DNA of 64,000 nt, taken from Candidatus Woesearchaeota archaeon. Its GTDB lineage: Archaea > Nanobdellota > Nanobdellia > Woesearchaeales > 21-14-0-10-32-9. The notes beneath the pieces were generated by a model. The model was not told the DNA's origin, searched no databases, and saw only the letters and a program-made list of their open reading frames with translations. The translations under genes were made by a program, and so were the position numbers. Each line of letters opens with the position of its first letter. Within the stretch, counting starts at the first letter, position 1. Positions 25,906 through 36,268 of this stretch are shown here, piece by piece. The stretch is from positions 20,280 to 84,279 of the forward strand of contig JBLKOK010000002.1 in assembly GCA_047602735.1 (NCBI GenBank), given 5' to 3'.

Positions 25906-27466
25906 ATCCAAACTAAACCAAATTCTCGATAAGAAGGTTAATCGTAAGAAATTCTTACAAATACTAGGACTTAGTGCAGCAGCAATACCATTGCTAAGTC
26001 CAAGCGTAGCAGCTAAATTCTTCCTACGACAAAGCAACGGCAACCTAATAGACATAGACGACTTAGATCCTAACGCATCAGCGCCAGCCGGTAGTGAAGG
26101 AGAAATACAATTCAAACAAGGAACAACGCTCGGTGCGAGTAATAATTTGTATTGGAATAATACTCAAAATAGATTGGGTGTTGGCACTAATAGTCCAGAT
26201 GAAACTTTGCACGTTGTTGGAAACACCGAGGTTGATGGTGATTTCGGAGTGACTGGAGATGCAGGCGTTATTGGTTTTGTTAGAGCAGACGATGGATTCC
26301 AAGTAGACGGAACCACAGTTATAGACAGCTCAAGAAACATAGTAAACGCAGGAACAGGAACGTTCTCAGGAACAGTAACAGCAGCAACACCAAGTTCCAC
26401 AAATCATCTGACCACAAAACAATACGTAGATGACGCAATAGTAAGTGCCGGAGGAGAAGCAGTCTGGGGAGGAATAACAGGAACACTTAGCAATCAAACA
26501 GACCTTCAAAACGCACTAAATTCCAAATTGAATTTGAGTGGCGGAACAATGACTGGAACCTTAATTACTCCTGCAAGTACCACTAGTGCTTCTTCAATTA
26601 GAATACCTCACGGCTCTGCTCCAAGCAGTCCTGTTAACGGAGATTTATGGACTACTACTAGTGCGCCGTTAATAAGATTAAACGGAACTACAAGAACAAT
26701 ATATCACACAGGTAACTTAGCAACAGTAGGTCAAGCAGAAGCAGAAGCAGGAACAGCAACAACAACAAGAGCTTGGACTGCTCAAAGAGTTAGACAAGCT
26801 ATTGAGGCCATTGTTCCAGATGTTACTGACGGTACTGATTTGAGTCTTGGAGTTAGTAGCGGAAGCGAGGTTAGAATAGATAGTAGCACAGGAACTAACG
26901 TTACCTTGCCTAATGCGTCAACAAGTAATGCTGGTTTAATAACAACAGAAGCACAAACCATAGCAGGAGTAAAAACATTCAGCTCAACAATAACAGGAAG
27001 TATATCTGGAAACGCAGGCACTGCCACCAACGCCAACCGACTGGTGGTACCTGATACCAGAGGCGCCAACGACCAGCCACAGGCCAAAGCAGGCAAAAGA
27101 ATAACTGCTGACTTCAAGTTCAACACTGCAGTAGGAAGCCCTCCTGTGACTGCCAGCGGAACATACTCGCATATCATCACTGTTGCTGGGTGGAACACAA
27201 ATGAAGCCAGTGGAGGCTGGCCTACACAGCTGTCAATTGGCGCAGCAGGAATAGCATATCGTCAGGCAACATCTGCAACTGCCTGGGGCGGGTGGAATGC
27301 CACAGTGAACACTGCTGGTAACCAGACCATTGGTGGCATCAAAACTTTTAGTAACGATTTGAATGTTAATGGTAAAACTACAAGCAATAATGGTTTTGAA
27401 ACAGGAGATTTTGAAATTGTTTATAATGAAGACACCGAAAGCTTAGATTTCAACTTTATAGGATAA
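25883..27466 (+). CDS. fibre-like secreted protein with a Tat-type (R-K variant) signal peptide and tail-fibre-like Gly/Thr-rich beta repeats
   Basis: N-region KVNRKKFLQILGLSAAAIPLLSPSVAAKF fits S/T-R-R-x-F-L-K with the second R replaced by K, then an h-region and an AxA site. It contains [11 protein letters not shown] and other tail-fibre-like motifs. Its stop is 2 nt from the next start. Confidence 0.5.
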   Translation: MISMTDIKSKLNQILDKKVNRKKFLQILGLSAAAIPLLSPSVAAKFFLRQSNGNLIDIDDLDPNASAPAGSEGEIQFKQGTTLGASNNLYWNNTQNRLGVGTNSPDETLHVVGNTEVDGDFGVTGDAGVIGFVRADDGFQVDGTTVIDSSRNIVNAGTGTFSGTVTAATPSSTNHLTTKQYVDDAIVSAGGEAVWGGITGTLSNQTDLQNALNSKLNLSGGTMTGTLITPASTTSASSIRIPHGSAPSSPVNGDLWTTTSAPLIRLNGTTRTIYHTGNLATVGQAEAEAGTATTTRAWTAQRVRQAIEAIVPDVTDGTDLSLGVSSGSEVRIDSSTGTNVTLPNASTSNAGLITTEAQTIAGVKTFSSTITGSISGNAGTATNANRLVVPDTRGANDQPQAKAGKRITADFKFNTAVGSPPVTASGTYSHIITVAGWNTNEASGGWPTQLSIGAAGIAYRQATSATAWGGWNATVNTAGNQTIGGIKTFSNDLNVNGKTTSNNGFETGDFEIVYNEDTESLDFNFIG

Positions 27467-27468
27467 AA

Positions 27469-30234
27469 ATGGCATTAATTGCATGGTGGAAACTTGATGG
27501 AAACGCAGAAGATATTATCGGAGGTAATGACGGTAATGCTGTAGGTACTACTGATTGGATTAATGGAAAGATAGGAGGTGCTGCGGAGTTTGGTCAGACA
27601 GGTTACATAGAGATTGGTAATTTGTCAAATTTAAATTTTCAGCCTGTAAATTCTTTTAGTATTGGTGGTTGGGTAAAAGTTACTGAGACGTTTCCAACTT
27701 GGCATAGTTCTCTTGGAAGGTGGTTGAATACGGTAACTACTTTTTTTGGTAGAGGTTCTACAGGGAGTTCTTTTGGTATTGGTATTTCTACTACTTGGAA
27801 CGATACTGGAGATCCTGAAATAGAACCAGAACCTACTAATTATCGTTTTTTATTTGGCTCTAGAGGAGTTAGTCAAATTTATATTACAGATAGTTATGAT
27901 TTTGAGTTGAATAAATGGTATCATTTATTTTTTGTTTATACTCCTGGAGTCCAATATGGTTATGTGAATGGTGAGCGAGTTATTACAAGAAATAATTCGG
28001 CAGGTATCGGAGGTACTTTTTCTGGAAGTTGGGGCGTTTTTGCTCCTAGAGCTGTTCCTGGAGGTAATGGACGTCATTCTGCAGGTGTTGCTGATGATTT
28101 AAGAATTTATAATCGTGCTTTGTCTATAAAAGAGATTAAAGAACTTTCAAGAGCTAAGGTTTTTCATACAAAACTTAATAATCCTAATTCAATAGATGAT
28201 GATAGTGGTAATGATGGCGAAATAACTAATAATGGAGCTGTTTTTTCTAGTGAATCTAAAATAGGTAGTGGTTCTTATGAGTTTGATAATAATAATATTC
28301 AAACAGATTGGGGTGAGAATTATACTGTTGATAATAATTTAACTCTTTCTTTGTGGGTTAAACCTTCAACGACATCAGGAAGTCAAATTTTTGCTTCTTT
28401 TGGAACAAATACAGACAATAGAAGAGCATATTTTTCAGTATATGGTGGAAATTGGGATATGGGCATTCAAGGAACTGCGTGGGGAGGAGGCAGTCAAGTT
28501 GCTAATACTGATTGGACTCATATAGCCATTGTATTTGGCGAAACATCAGTTAATATGTATACTAATACTATTCTGACTAGATCTATTTCGTATACTTCGT
28601 ATGATCTTTTAGCAAATCTTAGATTAGGTCAATATGGCAATGGTAGTTATCCTTTTTATGGAAATATACAAGATGTTAAAGTTTTTACACAAAGTTTGTC
28701 TTTAGCTGAAATAAATGAAATTTATTCTCAACGTGGCAGTATTGATAATAAAGGAAATTTATTTGCACAAGAACTTGCAGAGACTAGTCATAAACCTTTG
28801 ATTATGGATTATACTATTTGGCAAGACGGACAAACAGGTGCTCAAGGACCTTTTGGACAATATAGTTCTAGAAATTGGAGAACGATAGGAACTGATCCTT
28901 GGGGTAAAGAGACCGTTGTTTGGGAAGGAGAAAGCTTGGATGGTTCAACTGCAGGTACAGGTATTTATTTTTCGACTAGTAATCCTATTGATAATACTAA
29001 AATGTATAGATTAACATTTTGGGAGAGAAGAGTGACAAACTCTGATGCTACTTATGCCCGGTATTATTTTGGTCTTAATGGTTATGGCTCTACTAACGGA
29101 GTTTATAATAGAAGCACAGGTGCTTTAAGTACTAATCCTTATTTTTATAATACCTCTAACTTACCTACAAGTGCTCAACTTCCTGAAGGAGAATGGGTTT
29201 TATTTGTTGGTCATATTTGGCCTGCCGGAAGCGGTACTGGTTCTACTCATCCCGATAGTGGAAGATATACTTTGAATGGAAGACTAGGAAATATTTCAAG
29301 AGACTGGGTCTGGCACGAAACTAGTGATAGAGGAAGAGGTAGAACGCTAGCAATTTATCAGCCAAATTCAGGAGGTGTTATTCATCACAGCGTTTATCCT
29401 AGGATGGATGTTGTTGATGGTACCGAACCTAGTATCGCAGAATTACTTGCTGGTTTTGATTCAAACCACATAGATTATATTAGAGCTAAAGGAGGTACTA
29501 AATATATATCATTTGATATTAATTCTAAGCTAACTTATACAGGAGATATATCCGAAGTTGGTCCAACTCAAGGCCTCATTGGTTGGTGGCCTCTTAATGG
29601 AGATACCAATGATATGAGTGGAGAAGAAAATCATGGTATTAATAATAACGGAGTTGTTGTCCCTGGACTTAAACAACTAGCTTATGAATTTGATGGTGAT
29701 GGATGGATAGACTTAGGAGATAGTTTATATCTTCCTGATAATCACCCGTTTACCTTATCAGGATGGGTTAATTATAATAGTTTTTCAAATAGAGATATGA
29801 TGCTTAGTAGAAATGATGCTGTTAAAAGTGGTAGTCCTTATACTTGGCTGCTTGGTACAAGAGATGGGGATAGAATGTATGCTTATGATGGTAGTTCTTG
29901 GAGTCAAAGAATGTATTCTTTTAGTACAGGAACATGGTATCATTTAACTTTTAGATTTGATGGAACAACTATGCACTATTATGTTAACGGAGAAAGTATA
30001 GGAACAACTTCTTGGAGTTTTTCAGACAGCACCACTGGAAGAAACACCCAAATAGGAGGATATAGTGGAACTACAGGAGATATAGATGGTAAAACTTTTG
30101 ATATCAGATTTTATGATCGTGCTCTCTCACCTGAAGAAATCAAGATTCTTTATGATATTACAAAACCAGGCGGACCTCGTGTAAAAAAAACTAAGACTGG
30201 TGTTTATATTAAAGGAGAGTTTGTGGAAGATTAA
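27469..30234 (+). CDS. 921 aa protein with three LamG/concanavalin-A-like lectin domains and no signal peptide
   Basis: Three copies of the LamG signature: WKLDGNAEDIIGGNDGNAVGTTDWINGKIGGAAEFG...FSIGGWVKV, DSGNDGEITNNGAVFS...LTLSLWVKPS, and SGEENHGINNNGVVVPGLKQLAYEFDGDGWIDLG...FTLSGWVNY ... DIRFYDRALSPEEIKILY. Confidence 0.7.
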   Translation: MALIAWWKLDGNAEDIIGGNDGNAVGTTDWINGKIGGAAEFGQTGYIEIGNLSNLNFQPVNSFSIGGWVKVTETFPTWHSSLGRWLNTVTTFFGRGSTGSSFGIGISTTWNDTGDPEIEPEPTNYRFLFGSRGVSQIYITDSYDFELNKWYHLFFVYTPGVQYGYVNGERVITRNNSAGIGGTFSGSWGVFAPRAVPGGNGRHSAGVADDLRIYNRALSIKEIKELSRAKVFHTKLNNPNSIDDDSGNDGEITNNGAVFSSESKIGSGSYEFDNNNIQTDWGENYTVDNNLTLSLWVKPSTTSGSQIFASFGTNTDNRRAYFSVYGGNWDMGIQGTAWGGGSQVANTDWTHIAIVFGETSVNMYTNTILTRSISYTSYDLLANLRLGQYGNGSYPFYGNIQDVKVFTQSLSLAEINEIYSQRGSIDNKGNLFAQELAETSHKPLIMDYTIWQDGQTGAQGPFGQYSSRNWRTIGTDPWGKETVVWEGESLDGSTAGTGIYFSTSNPIDNTKMYRLTFWERRVTNSDATYARYYFGLNGYGSTNGVYNRSTGALSTNPYFYNTSNLPTSAQLPEGEWVLFVGHIWPAGSGTGSTHPDSGRYTLNGRLGNISRDWVWHETSDRGRGRTLAIYQPNSGGVIHHSVYPRMDVVDGTEPSIAELLAGFDSNHIDYIRAKGGTKYISFDINSKLTYTGDISEVGPTQGLIGWWPLNGDTNDMSGEENHGINNNGVVVPGLKQLAYEFDGDGWIDLGDSLYLPDNHPFTLSGWVNYNSFSNRDMMLSRNDAVKSGSPYTWLLGTRDGDRMYAYDGSSWSQRMYSFSTGTWYHLTFRFDGTTMHYYVNGESIGTTSWSFSDSTTGRNTQIGGYSGTTGDIDGKTFDIRFYDRALSPEEIKILYDITKPGGPRVKKTKTGVYIKGEFVED

Positions 30235-30264
30235 ATTTATTAAGTTTTGTTAATTCTTTTTTTT

Positions 30265-31344
30265 ATGAAGGTTTGTTTGGTTAGTATTGTTAAGGATGAG
30301 TCTCATGTTATTTTGAGGATGCTTGAAAGTGTTAGAAAGTATGTTGATGAGTATGTTATTGTTGATACTGGTTCTAGTGATGATACTATTAGTATTTGTG
30401 AGAATTATTTTAAGGAAGAAAAAGTTAAAGGCAAGGTTTTTAGTAGGCCTTGGAAGAATTTTGGTCATAATAAGGGGGAGGCTTTGGCTATTGCAAGAAA
30501 GCATAGTTCTTGTGATTATTTGATGATGATTGATGCAGATAATTTTATTGAGGGTTCTTTTAAGATACCTGATAGTATTGATAAGGATGGTTATTATGTT
30601 AAGCATAAGTATGGTGATGGAACTAATTTTTTTTGGAGGAAGCAGTTGTTTAAAAGAGTTAAGCCTTGGACTTATAAAGGTGTTTTGCATGAGTATCCTT
30701 TTCTTGAGGGTGATAACGATATAGGTTTTATTTACGGCGAATATTTTTTTACTGAGACTCATGAGGGTGCTAGGAATAAGGATCTTGTTAAGAAGTATGA
30801 GAGTGATATTAATGTTTTACTTGATGGTTTGAAAGATGAGCCTGATAATGCTAGGTATATGTTTTATTTAGGTCAAAGTTATATTTGTCTTGATAATTTT
30901 AAGGAAGGTGCTAAGTGGTATTTGAAGGCTGCTAAGAGTAGCTCTTGGGATGAGGAGGTTTGTGTTAGTTATTATAGGTGTGGTTTGGCTTATATGGAGC
31001 TTCGTGAGTTTAGTAAGGCTAAGAAGTGTTTGTATGAGGCATTTAAGGTTAGACCTTCTAGGCTTGAGTCTATGTATATTTTAATTAAGTATTATTATGA
31101 AAAGGGAGAGTTTGAGGAAGGTTATCAGGCAGGTCAGTTGATTAAGAGTTTTGAGGTTTCTGATGATACTTTGTTTGTTGAACAAGATGTTTATGAGTGG
31201 AAGATTTTTGATTTGCTTAGTCTTTGTAGTTATTATTCCGAGAGGTTTGATGAAGCTAGGAATTATTATGAGTTAATGATTAATATTCCAAGAGAAGAAA
31301 TGGATCGTTATAATAATAATAAACAGTTTTTTTATCAGAAATGA
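30265..31344 (+). CDS. family-2 glycosyltransferase with C-terminal TPR-like repeats
   Basis: N-terminal GT-A block VSIVKDESHVILRMLESV...YVIVDTGSSDDT...MIDADN (DxD motif), then a helical repeat region (YMFYLGQSYICLDNFKEGAKWYLKA...). The start was chosen at MKVCLVS (30265). Confidence 0.65.
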   Translation: MKVCLVSIVKDESHVILRMLESVRKYVDEYVIVDTGSSDDTISICENYFKEEKVKGKVFSRPWKNFGHNKGEALAIARKHSSCDYLMMIDADNFIEGSFKIPDSIDKDGYYVKHKYGDGTNFFWRKQLFKRVKPWTYKGVLHEYPFLEGDNDIGFIYGEYFFTETHEGARNKDLVKKYESDINVLLDGLKDEPDNARYMFYLGQSYICLDNFKEGAKWYLKAAKSSSWDEEVCVSYYRCGLAYMELREFSKAKKCLYEAFKVRPSRLESMYILIKYYYEKGEFEEGYQAGQLIKSFEVSDDTLFVEQDVYEWKIFDLLSLCSYYSERFDEARNYYELMINIPREEMDRYNNNKQFFYQK

Positions 31345-31946
31345 ATTCCTAATACTTCTGGGACTTCTATGTAGTCATATTTTTTTGCTAGTTCTTCGTA
31401 GGTATATCCGTCTGCTAGGTATCCTTGGTCTTGGTTCCATCCTCCTATTTCTTTTAAGTGTTTTTTTTTTATCATAAGTTGTAGTGTGTCTACGTTTTGA
31501 ACTTTTACAGGTATACCCTTTATTATCTGAGGCGGCAGTCCTAGGTGTTCTGGTAGGGGTCCTAGGTGTATTATTTTGCATATTGAAAACGCCGTTTTTT
31601 CATCTGTATTTTTTAGTGCGTTTAGCATTTTTTCTAGGTAGTGTGGGAATATTAAGTTGTCATCATCTAGAAATATTATGTAGTCTGCTTTTGCTTTTGT
31701 GAATGCGTGTTGTCTTGCTTTGTTTGCATAGTCTTGATAGTGTTTTTTTAAGTGTAAATATTTTATTTTTGGGTCTTTTTTTGATTTTACGTATTTTTTT
31801 ACGTTTTCTTCAAATCCGTCACTGCAAATTAGGTGTTCGTATTCTTGTATTGTTTGTGATTTTACGCTTCTTATACATCTCTCTATTATTTCTAAGGGTC
31901 TGTTCCATGTAGGTGTGATTATTGTTATTTTTGGTTTTATTGCCAT
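31335..31946 (-). CDS. family-2 glycosyltransferase
   Basis: ITIITPTWNRPLEIIERCIRSVKSQT...YIIFLDDDN (GT-A fold, DxD). The start was chosen at MAIKPK and overlaps the upstream GT stop by 10 nt. Confidence 0.65.
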   Translation of the reverse strand: MAIKPKITIITPTWNRPLEIIERCIRSVKSQTIQEYEHLICSDGFEENVKKYVKSKKDPKIKYLHLKKHYQDYANKARQHAFTKAKADYIIFLDDDNLIFPHYLEKMLNALKNTDEKTAFSICKIIHLGPLPEHLGLPPQIIKGIPVKVQNVDTLQLMIKKKHLKEIGGWNQDQGYLADGYTYEELAKKYDYIEVPEVLGIHF

Positions 31947-33172
31947 TGTGGTCCTGGAAGTATAGGTGTTTGTTTTTTTATTGCACAAAGGTCTACTTGT
32001 GTTATTAAGTAATCGTTTTCTTTATGCCAGTCTGTTGGATAAAATGTTTCGTTTCTCCATGATTGGAATTTTCCTTTAAATCCTATTTTTTCTGCAAAGA
32101 ATTTTTGGGTGTAGAATTTTGTGCTTTCTTCGTTCCAAAAGCTTTTGTTTAATGGGTTTGCAAATGCGTGTTTGCAGTCTGAGCTTACTACTTCTAAGAA
32201 TAGTAGTCCTCCGTGGTCTAGTATTCTCCATAGTTCTTGCATTGTTTTTATTGGGTCAGTGCATTTTTCTAGTATGTTATGTGCTTTTATTACCCCTACT
32301 GAGTTTGTTTTTATTTTTTTTAAGTCATTAATATTTATTTTTTCAAAGTCCATCCAGTCTTCTGAATCAACACTCATATCTATCAGTCTTAATTTTTTGT
32401 CTTGTGCCCATTTTACTGCTATTTTTCTGCTATAGTTAAAGTAGTTTGTTTGTACTATGTCTTGTACTTCATCATTATTTACTATGCTATGATTGTTATC
32501 GTGTACTCTGTATAAGTATAGTGGTTTTTTTATCCATTTAAATCCTTGTTCGCCGAATTCTAAGAAGAATTTGCACATTAATTCATGGTCGTCTCCGCTT
32601 GGAAGTTCTTCGTTGTGACCTCTTATTTGTTGGTATGATTTTTTTCTCCATGCTCTTACATGGTTTGGTGCCCACTCTATTCTCATGATAGTTGTTGCAT
32701 ATATTGGGAAGGCTATTGTTTCTAGTAATTCTTTATCTTGGTATTTGAATGGTTTTGTTTTCCATCCCCAGTATGAATCGTATGTTCTTGGTTTCCATGT
32801 ATCGTTAAAAAATTCTACTGTGTTGGAGTATGCGAAGTGGGTTTTTTTATCTTTGAATGCTTGAATTATTTCTTGTAGTGCGTTTGGTGTTAGCATGTCA
32901 TCTGCGTCTAATTCTACTATTATTTCTGATGTTGCTTTTAGGCTTAATTTTTTTTTAAGTCTCCCTATATTGTTGTCTTTTCCTATTTCAGTTAATATTT
33001 TTACTCGTTTATCTTTTGCTATTTCGTCAGATATTTTTCCGCCATTATTTAGAAGTATTAGCCATTCCCATTCTTGTATTGTTTGGTTTTTTAAAGAATC
33101 GTATGTTTGTTGAATATAAGGATTTGATTTGTAGTACACAGGACTTATTATAGATATTTTAGGTTTAATCAT
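31937..33172 (-). CDS. two-domain protein: N-terminal family-2 glycosyltransferase plus C-terminal SAM-methyltransferase-like domain
   Basis: ISIISPVYYKSNPYIQQTYDSLKNQT...VELDADDML (GT-A, DxD), followed by ...LDHGGLLFLEVVSSD..., which resembles a class-I methyltransferase core (weak). Confidence 0.55.
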   Translation of the reverse strand: MIKPKISIISPVYYKSNPYIQQTYDSLKNQTIQEWEWLILLNNGGKISDEIAKDKRVKILTEIGKDNNIGRLKKKLSLKATSEIIVELDADDMLTPNALQEIIQAFKDKKTHFAYSNTVEFFNDTWKPRTYDSYWGWKTKPFKYQDKELLETIAFPIYATTIMRIEWAPNHVRAWRKKSYQQIRGHNEELPSGDDHELMCKFFLEFGEQGFKWIKKPLYLYRVHDNNHSIVNNDEVQDIVQTNYFNYSRKIAVKWAQDKKLRLIDMSVDSEDWMDFEKININDLKKIKTNSVGVIKAHNILEKCTDPIKTMQELWRILDHGGLLFLEVVSSDCKHAFANPLNKSFWNEESTKFYTQKFFAEKIGFKGKFQSWRNETFYPTDWHKENDYLITQVDLCAIKKQTPILPGPQWQ

Positions 33173-33306
33173 TTATTTATTAAAAAAAAGATTATTATTT
33201 ATAGCTTTTGATTTGTGTAAAAAGCTATGTTTAAGCGTTGTTATTGTGAGAAAATTTATAAAAAAAACATTACTTAGGTTTAAAGTAATACTATTTAGTT
33301 TATAAA

Positions 33307-34788
33307 ATGGCGAAATTTAAAAGTAGTAAAGTTAAAGGAAGATTAGATGTTGAAGGTTCTGCTGAGTTTAAAAAATCTTTAAGTATAAAGGATGCTGAAG
33401 ATAGTGATGAAGCTACTACTAAAAAGTATGTTGATGATGAAATTTCTAATGTTAGTTCTACTGTAGGCCCTCAAGGACCTCAAGGACCAACTGGTTATAA
33501 AGGTAATCAAGGAAGCCAAGGAGCAGTAGGGCACCGAGGAAATCAAGGACCTGTTGGATATAAAGGTAATCAAGGGTCTAGTGGAGGTTCTGGTTCTCAA
33601 GGAAGCCAGGGACCTACAGGTAGTAGAGGTAGCCAAGGCGCTGCAAGTACCACCGCAGGACCTAGAGGACCACAAGGAGGTGGAGGACCGACAGGTTATG
33701 TTGGCGCTACAGGACCTGCAGGTTATGTTGGTAATGTTGGTCCAACTGGACCTGGAGGACCAAGAGGACCGCAAGGAAGCCAAGGCGCTGCAAGCACCAC
33801 CGCAGGACCAAGAGGACATACCGGTACAACTGGACCTGGGGGTCGTCAAGGAGCTGTTGGTCCTGGAGGTTATTCAGGAGCAGTTGGTCCTACTGGTAGT
33901 GGAGGACCAAGAGGACCACAAGGAGGACAAGGAGCAACCGGACACACAGGAAACAGAGGACCTGGAGGACCAGGAGGACCAAGAGGACCACAAGGAGGAC
34001 AAGGAGCAACCGGACACAGAGGACACACAGGAGGTGGAGGACCAGGAGGACCAAGAGGACCACAAGGAAGCCAAGGAGCAACAGGGTATGTAGGACCAGG
34101 AGGACCAGGCGGATACGCAGGACCAGGAGGACCAGGCGGATACGTAGGACCAGGAGGACCAGGCGGATACGTAGGACCAGGAGGACCAGGCGGATACGCA
34201 GGACCAGGAGGACCAGGCGGATACGCAGGACCACAAGGACCTCAAGGATATAGAGGAGCTCAAAGAAGAGGACCACAAGGATTTAGAGGACCTACAGGAC
34301 CTTTTTTATCTTCTAGGACTTTAAAGAAAAATATTAAGACTTTAGATGATCAGACAAAAAATCTTGAAAGAATTCAGCCAGTTAGGTTTAAGTGGAAAAA
34401 AGATAAAAAAGAGGATATTGGTCTTATTGCTGAAGAATTGAAAAAAGTTTATCCTGAGTTTGTTTATCATAATTTAAAAGGAGAAGTTGAAGGCATTCAT
34501 TATGGTAAGTTAAATTCTGTATTGATTAATATTTCTCAAAAGCAGCAAGAAAAAGTTAAAAAGATTTTAGATGATTTTTATTTAGCTATTTTTGATAGTG
34601 ACTTAGATAAAGGAAGAAATTTATTAGACTTATCCACTTATTGGAAAAGAAAAGATGTGCCTGAGGTTATTATTACGAGTGATAAGGGTTATTCTTGTAT
34701 TGGGTATATAAGTGAAGATGAAAAGAACATAATTATAGATGTAGAACATAATGGGAAGTATAAAGTTACTTTGATTAAAACGGCGTGA
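33307..34788 (+). CDS. collagen-like triple-helix repeat protein with C-terminal intramolecular-chaperone auto-processing (peptidase S74 / tail-fibre-type) domain
   Basis: About 270 aa of uninterrupted Gly-X-Y ([16 protein letters not shown]...[16 protein letters not shown]). Then [53 protein letters not shown] matches the endosialidase/tail-fibre chaperone consensus (SxRxLKxNI...L.PV.Y.yk......iGfIAqEv..v.Pe.V). There is no signal peptide. The N-terminus carries ATTKKYVDD. Confidence 0.75.
   Translation: MAKFKSSKVKGRLDVEGSAEFKKSLSIKDAEDSDEATTKKYVDDEISNVSSTVGPQGPQGPTGYKGNQGSQGAVGHRGNQGPVGYKGNQGSSGGSGSQGSQGPTGSRGSQGAASTTAGPRGPQGGGGPTGYVGATGPAGYVGNVGPTGPGGPRGPQGSQGAASTTAGPRGHTGTTGPGGRQGAVGPGGYSGAVGPTGSGGPRGPQGGQGATGHTGNRGPGGPGGPRGPQGGQGATGHRGHTGGGGPGGPRGPQGSQGATGYVGPGGPGGYAGPGGPGGYVGPGGPGGYVGPGGPGGYAGPGGPGGYAGPQGPQGYRGAQRRGPQGFRGPTGPFLSSRTLKKNIKTLDDQTKNLERIQPVRFKWKKDKKEDIGLIAEELKKVYPEFVYHNLKGEVEGIHYGKLNSVLINISQKQQEKVKKILDDFYLAIFDSDLDKGRNLLDLSTYWKRKDVPEVIITSDKGYSCIGYISEDEKNIIIDVEHNGKYKVTLIKTA
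34093..34227. repeat. 5 x 27-bp tandem repeat (GGACCAGGAGGACCAGGCGGATACGYA) encoding GPGGPGGY[A/V]
   Basis: Five exact or near-exact units read directly from the sequence within the collagen gene. Confidence 0.85.
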
Positions 34789-34793
34789 ATAAG

Positions 34794-36260
34794 ATGGCAA
34801 AGCTTACTAATACAAAAATATTTGGAGACTTAACCGTAGTTGGAAAAGGAAAATTCAACAACACCATAAAAATAGGACCTCCAACACAAGACGACCATGC
34901 CACAACCAAACAATACGTAGATAATCAAATAAGCAACATAACATTAACACCCGGTCCTCAAGGACCTAGAGGACCACAAGGAAGTGTAGGTTCTGGGGGA
35001 CCTAGAGGACCACAAGGTATAACTGGGCCTAGAGGACCACAAGGAAGCCAAGGTAGTAGTGGAGTTGGAGGGAGTCAGGGTAGTACTGGCCCTACAGGTC
35101 CAACCGGAGTTGTTGGGCCTGGAGGTTATACTGGACGCACAGGTCCAACTGGACCTGGCGGTTATAGGGGAAACCAAGGACCAGGCGGATACAGAGGAAA
35201 CCAAGGACCACAAGGAGCAACCGGACACAGAGGACACACAGGAAGCGGAGGACCAGGCGGACCTGCGGGATATGTTGGTCCACAGGGTAGTCAAGGGCCT
35301 ACTGGTTATAGGGGAAACCAAGGACCAGGCGGATACAGAGGAGTACAAGGACCACAAGGAGCAACCGGACACAGAGGACACACAGGAAGCGGAGGACCAG
35401 GAGGACCAAGAGGACCACAAGGAGGACAAGGAGCAACCGGACACACAGGAAACAGAGGACCAGGAGGACCAGGAGGACCAAGAGGACCACAAGGAGGACA
35501 AGGACCTGTAGGATACACAGGAAACAGAGGACCAGGAGGACCAGGAGGACCAAGAGGACCACAAGGCGCAACCGGACGCAGAGGAAACCAAGGACCAGGC
35601 GGATACAGAGGAAACCAAGGACCAACCGGACGCAGAGGAAACCAAGGACCAACCGGACACAGAGGAAACCAAGGACCAACCGGACACAGAGGAAACCAAG
35701 GAGGCGGAGGACCAAGAGGACCACAAGGTCCTACTGGACCTGCAGGCGTTCGAGGCCACCAAGGTCATACAGGTCCTGCAAGGTCTTCATCTATTAGATA
35801 TAAAGAAAAATTAAGAGTGCTTGAAGATCAAACCAATAATTTAGATTTAATTAAACCTAGAAGTTTTAAATGGAAAGATAGTGATAAAAAAGATATTGGT
35901 CTTATTGCTGAAGAAATAGATAAATTATATCCTGAAGTAATTGTATATAATGAAAAAAATGAACCTGAGCGTATTTTTTATGAAAAATTAACTACTGTAT
36001 TATTAGATATTGCTAAAAGGCAAGAAAAATCTATTTTAGGTTTAGAAAATAAAACAAAAGTTAGTAGTTTTAGTTTAGATTTAGATGAAGGTTTAAATGT
36101 TTTTGAGCTGGATAACTATTGGGATTATGATACAGCTAATTTAAAGTTGTTTATTGAATCTAAAAATAGTGCATATGGAACGATTAATTCAAATAATACT
36201 TTTAGTATTATTGCTTCAAAGAAAGGAAAACACACTGTTGTTTTGATTAAAAATAGTTAG
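34794..36260 (+). CDS. collagen-like triple-helix repeat protein with C-terminal S74-type intramolecular-chaperone domain (paralogue 2)
   Basis: N-terminus [46 protein letters not shown], then ~280 aa of Gly-X-Y, then [51 protein letters not shown]. The start was chosen at MAKL (the track ORF begins 9 nt earlier at a GTG). Confidence 0.75.
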   Translation: MAKLTNTKIFGDLTVVGKGKFNNTIKIGPPTQDDHATTKQYVDNQISNITLTPGPQGPRGPQGSVGSGGPRGPQGITGPRGPQGSQGSSGVGGSQGSTGPTGPTGVVGPGGYTGRTGPTGPGGYRGNQGPGGYRGNQGPQGATGHRGHTGSGGPGGPAGYVGPQGSQGPTGYRGNQGPGGYRGVQGPQGATGHRGHTGSGGPGGPRGPQGGQGATGHTGNRGPGGPGGPRGPQGGQGPVGYTGNRGPGGPGGPRGPQGATGRRGNQGPGGYRGNQGPTGRRGNQGPTGHRGNQGPTGHRGNQGGGGPRGPQGPTGPAGVRGHQGHTGPARSSSIRYKEKLRVLEDQTNNLDLIKPRSFKWKDSDKKDIGLIAEEIDKLYPEVIVYNEKNEPERIFYEKLTTVLLDIAKRQEKSILGLENKTKVSSFSLDLDEGLNVFELDNYWDYDTANLKLFIESKNSAYGTINSNNTFSIIASKKGKHTVVLIKNS

Positions 36261-36268
36261 AATATAAA

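Noticed and set aside
30250-30762. 170 aa minus-strand ORF rich in Ile/Asn/Leu
   Set aside because: It is antisense to the TPR-glycosyltransferase gene and has compositional-bias translation only.
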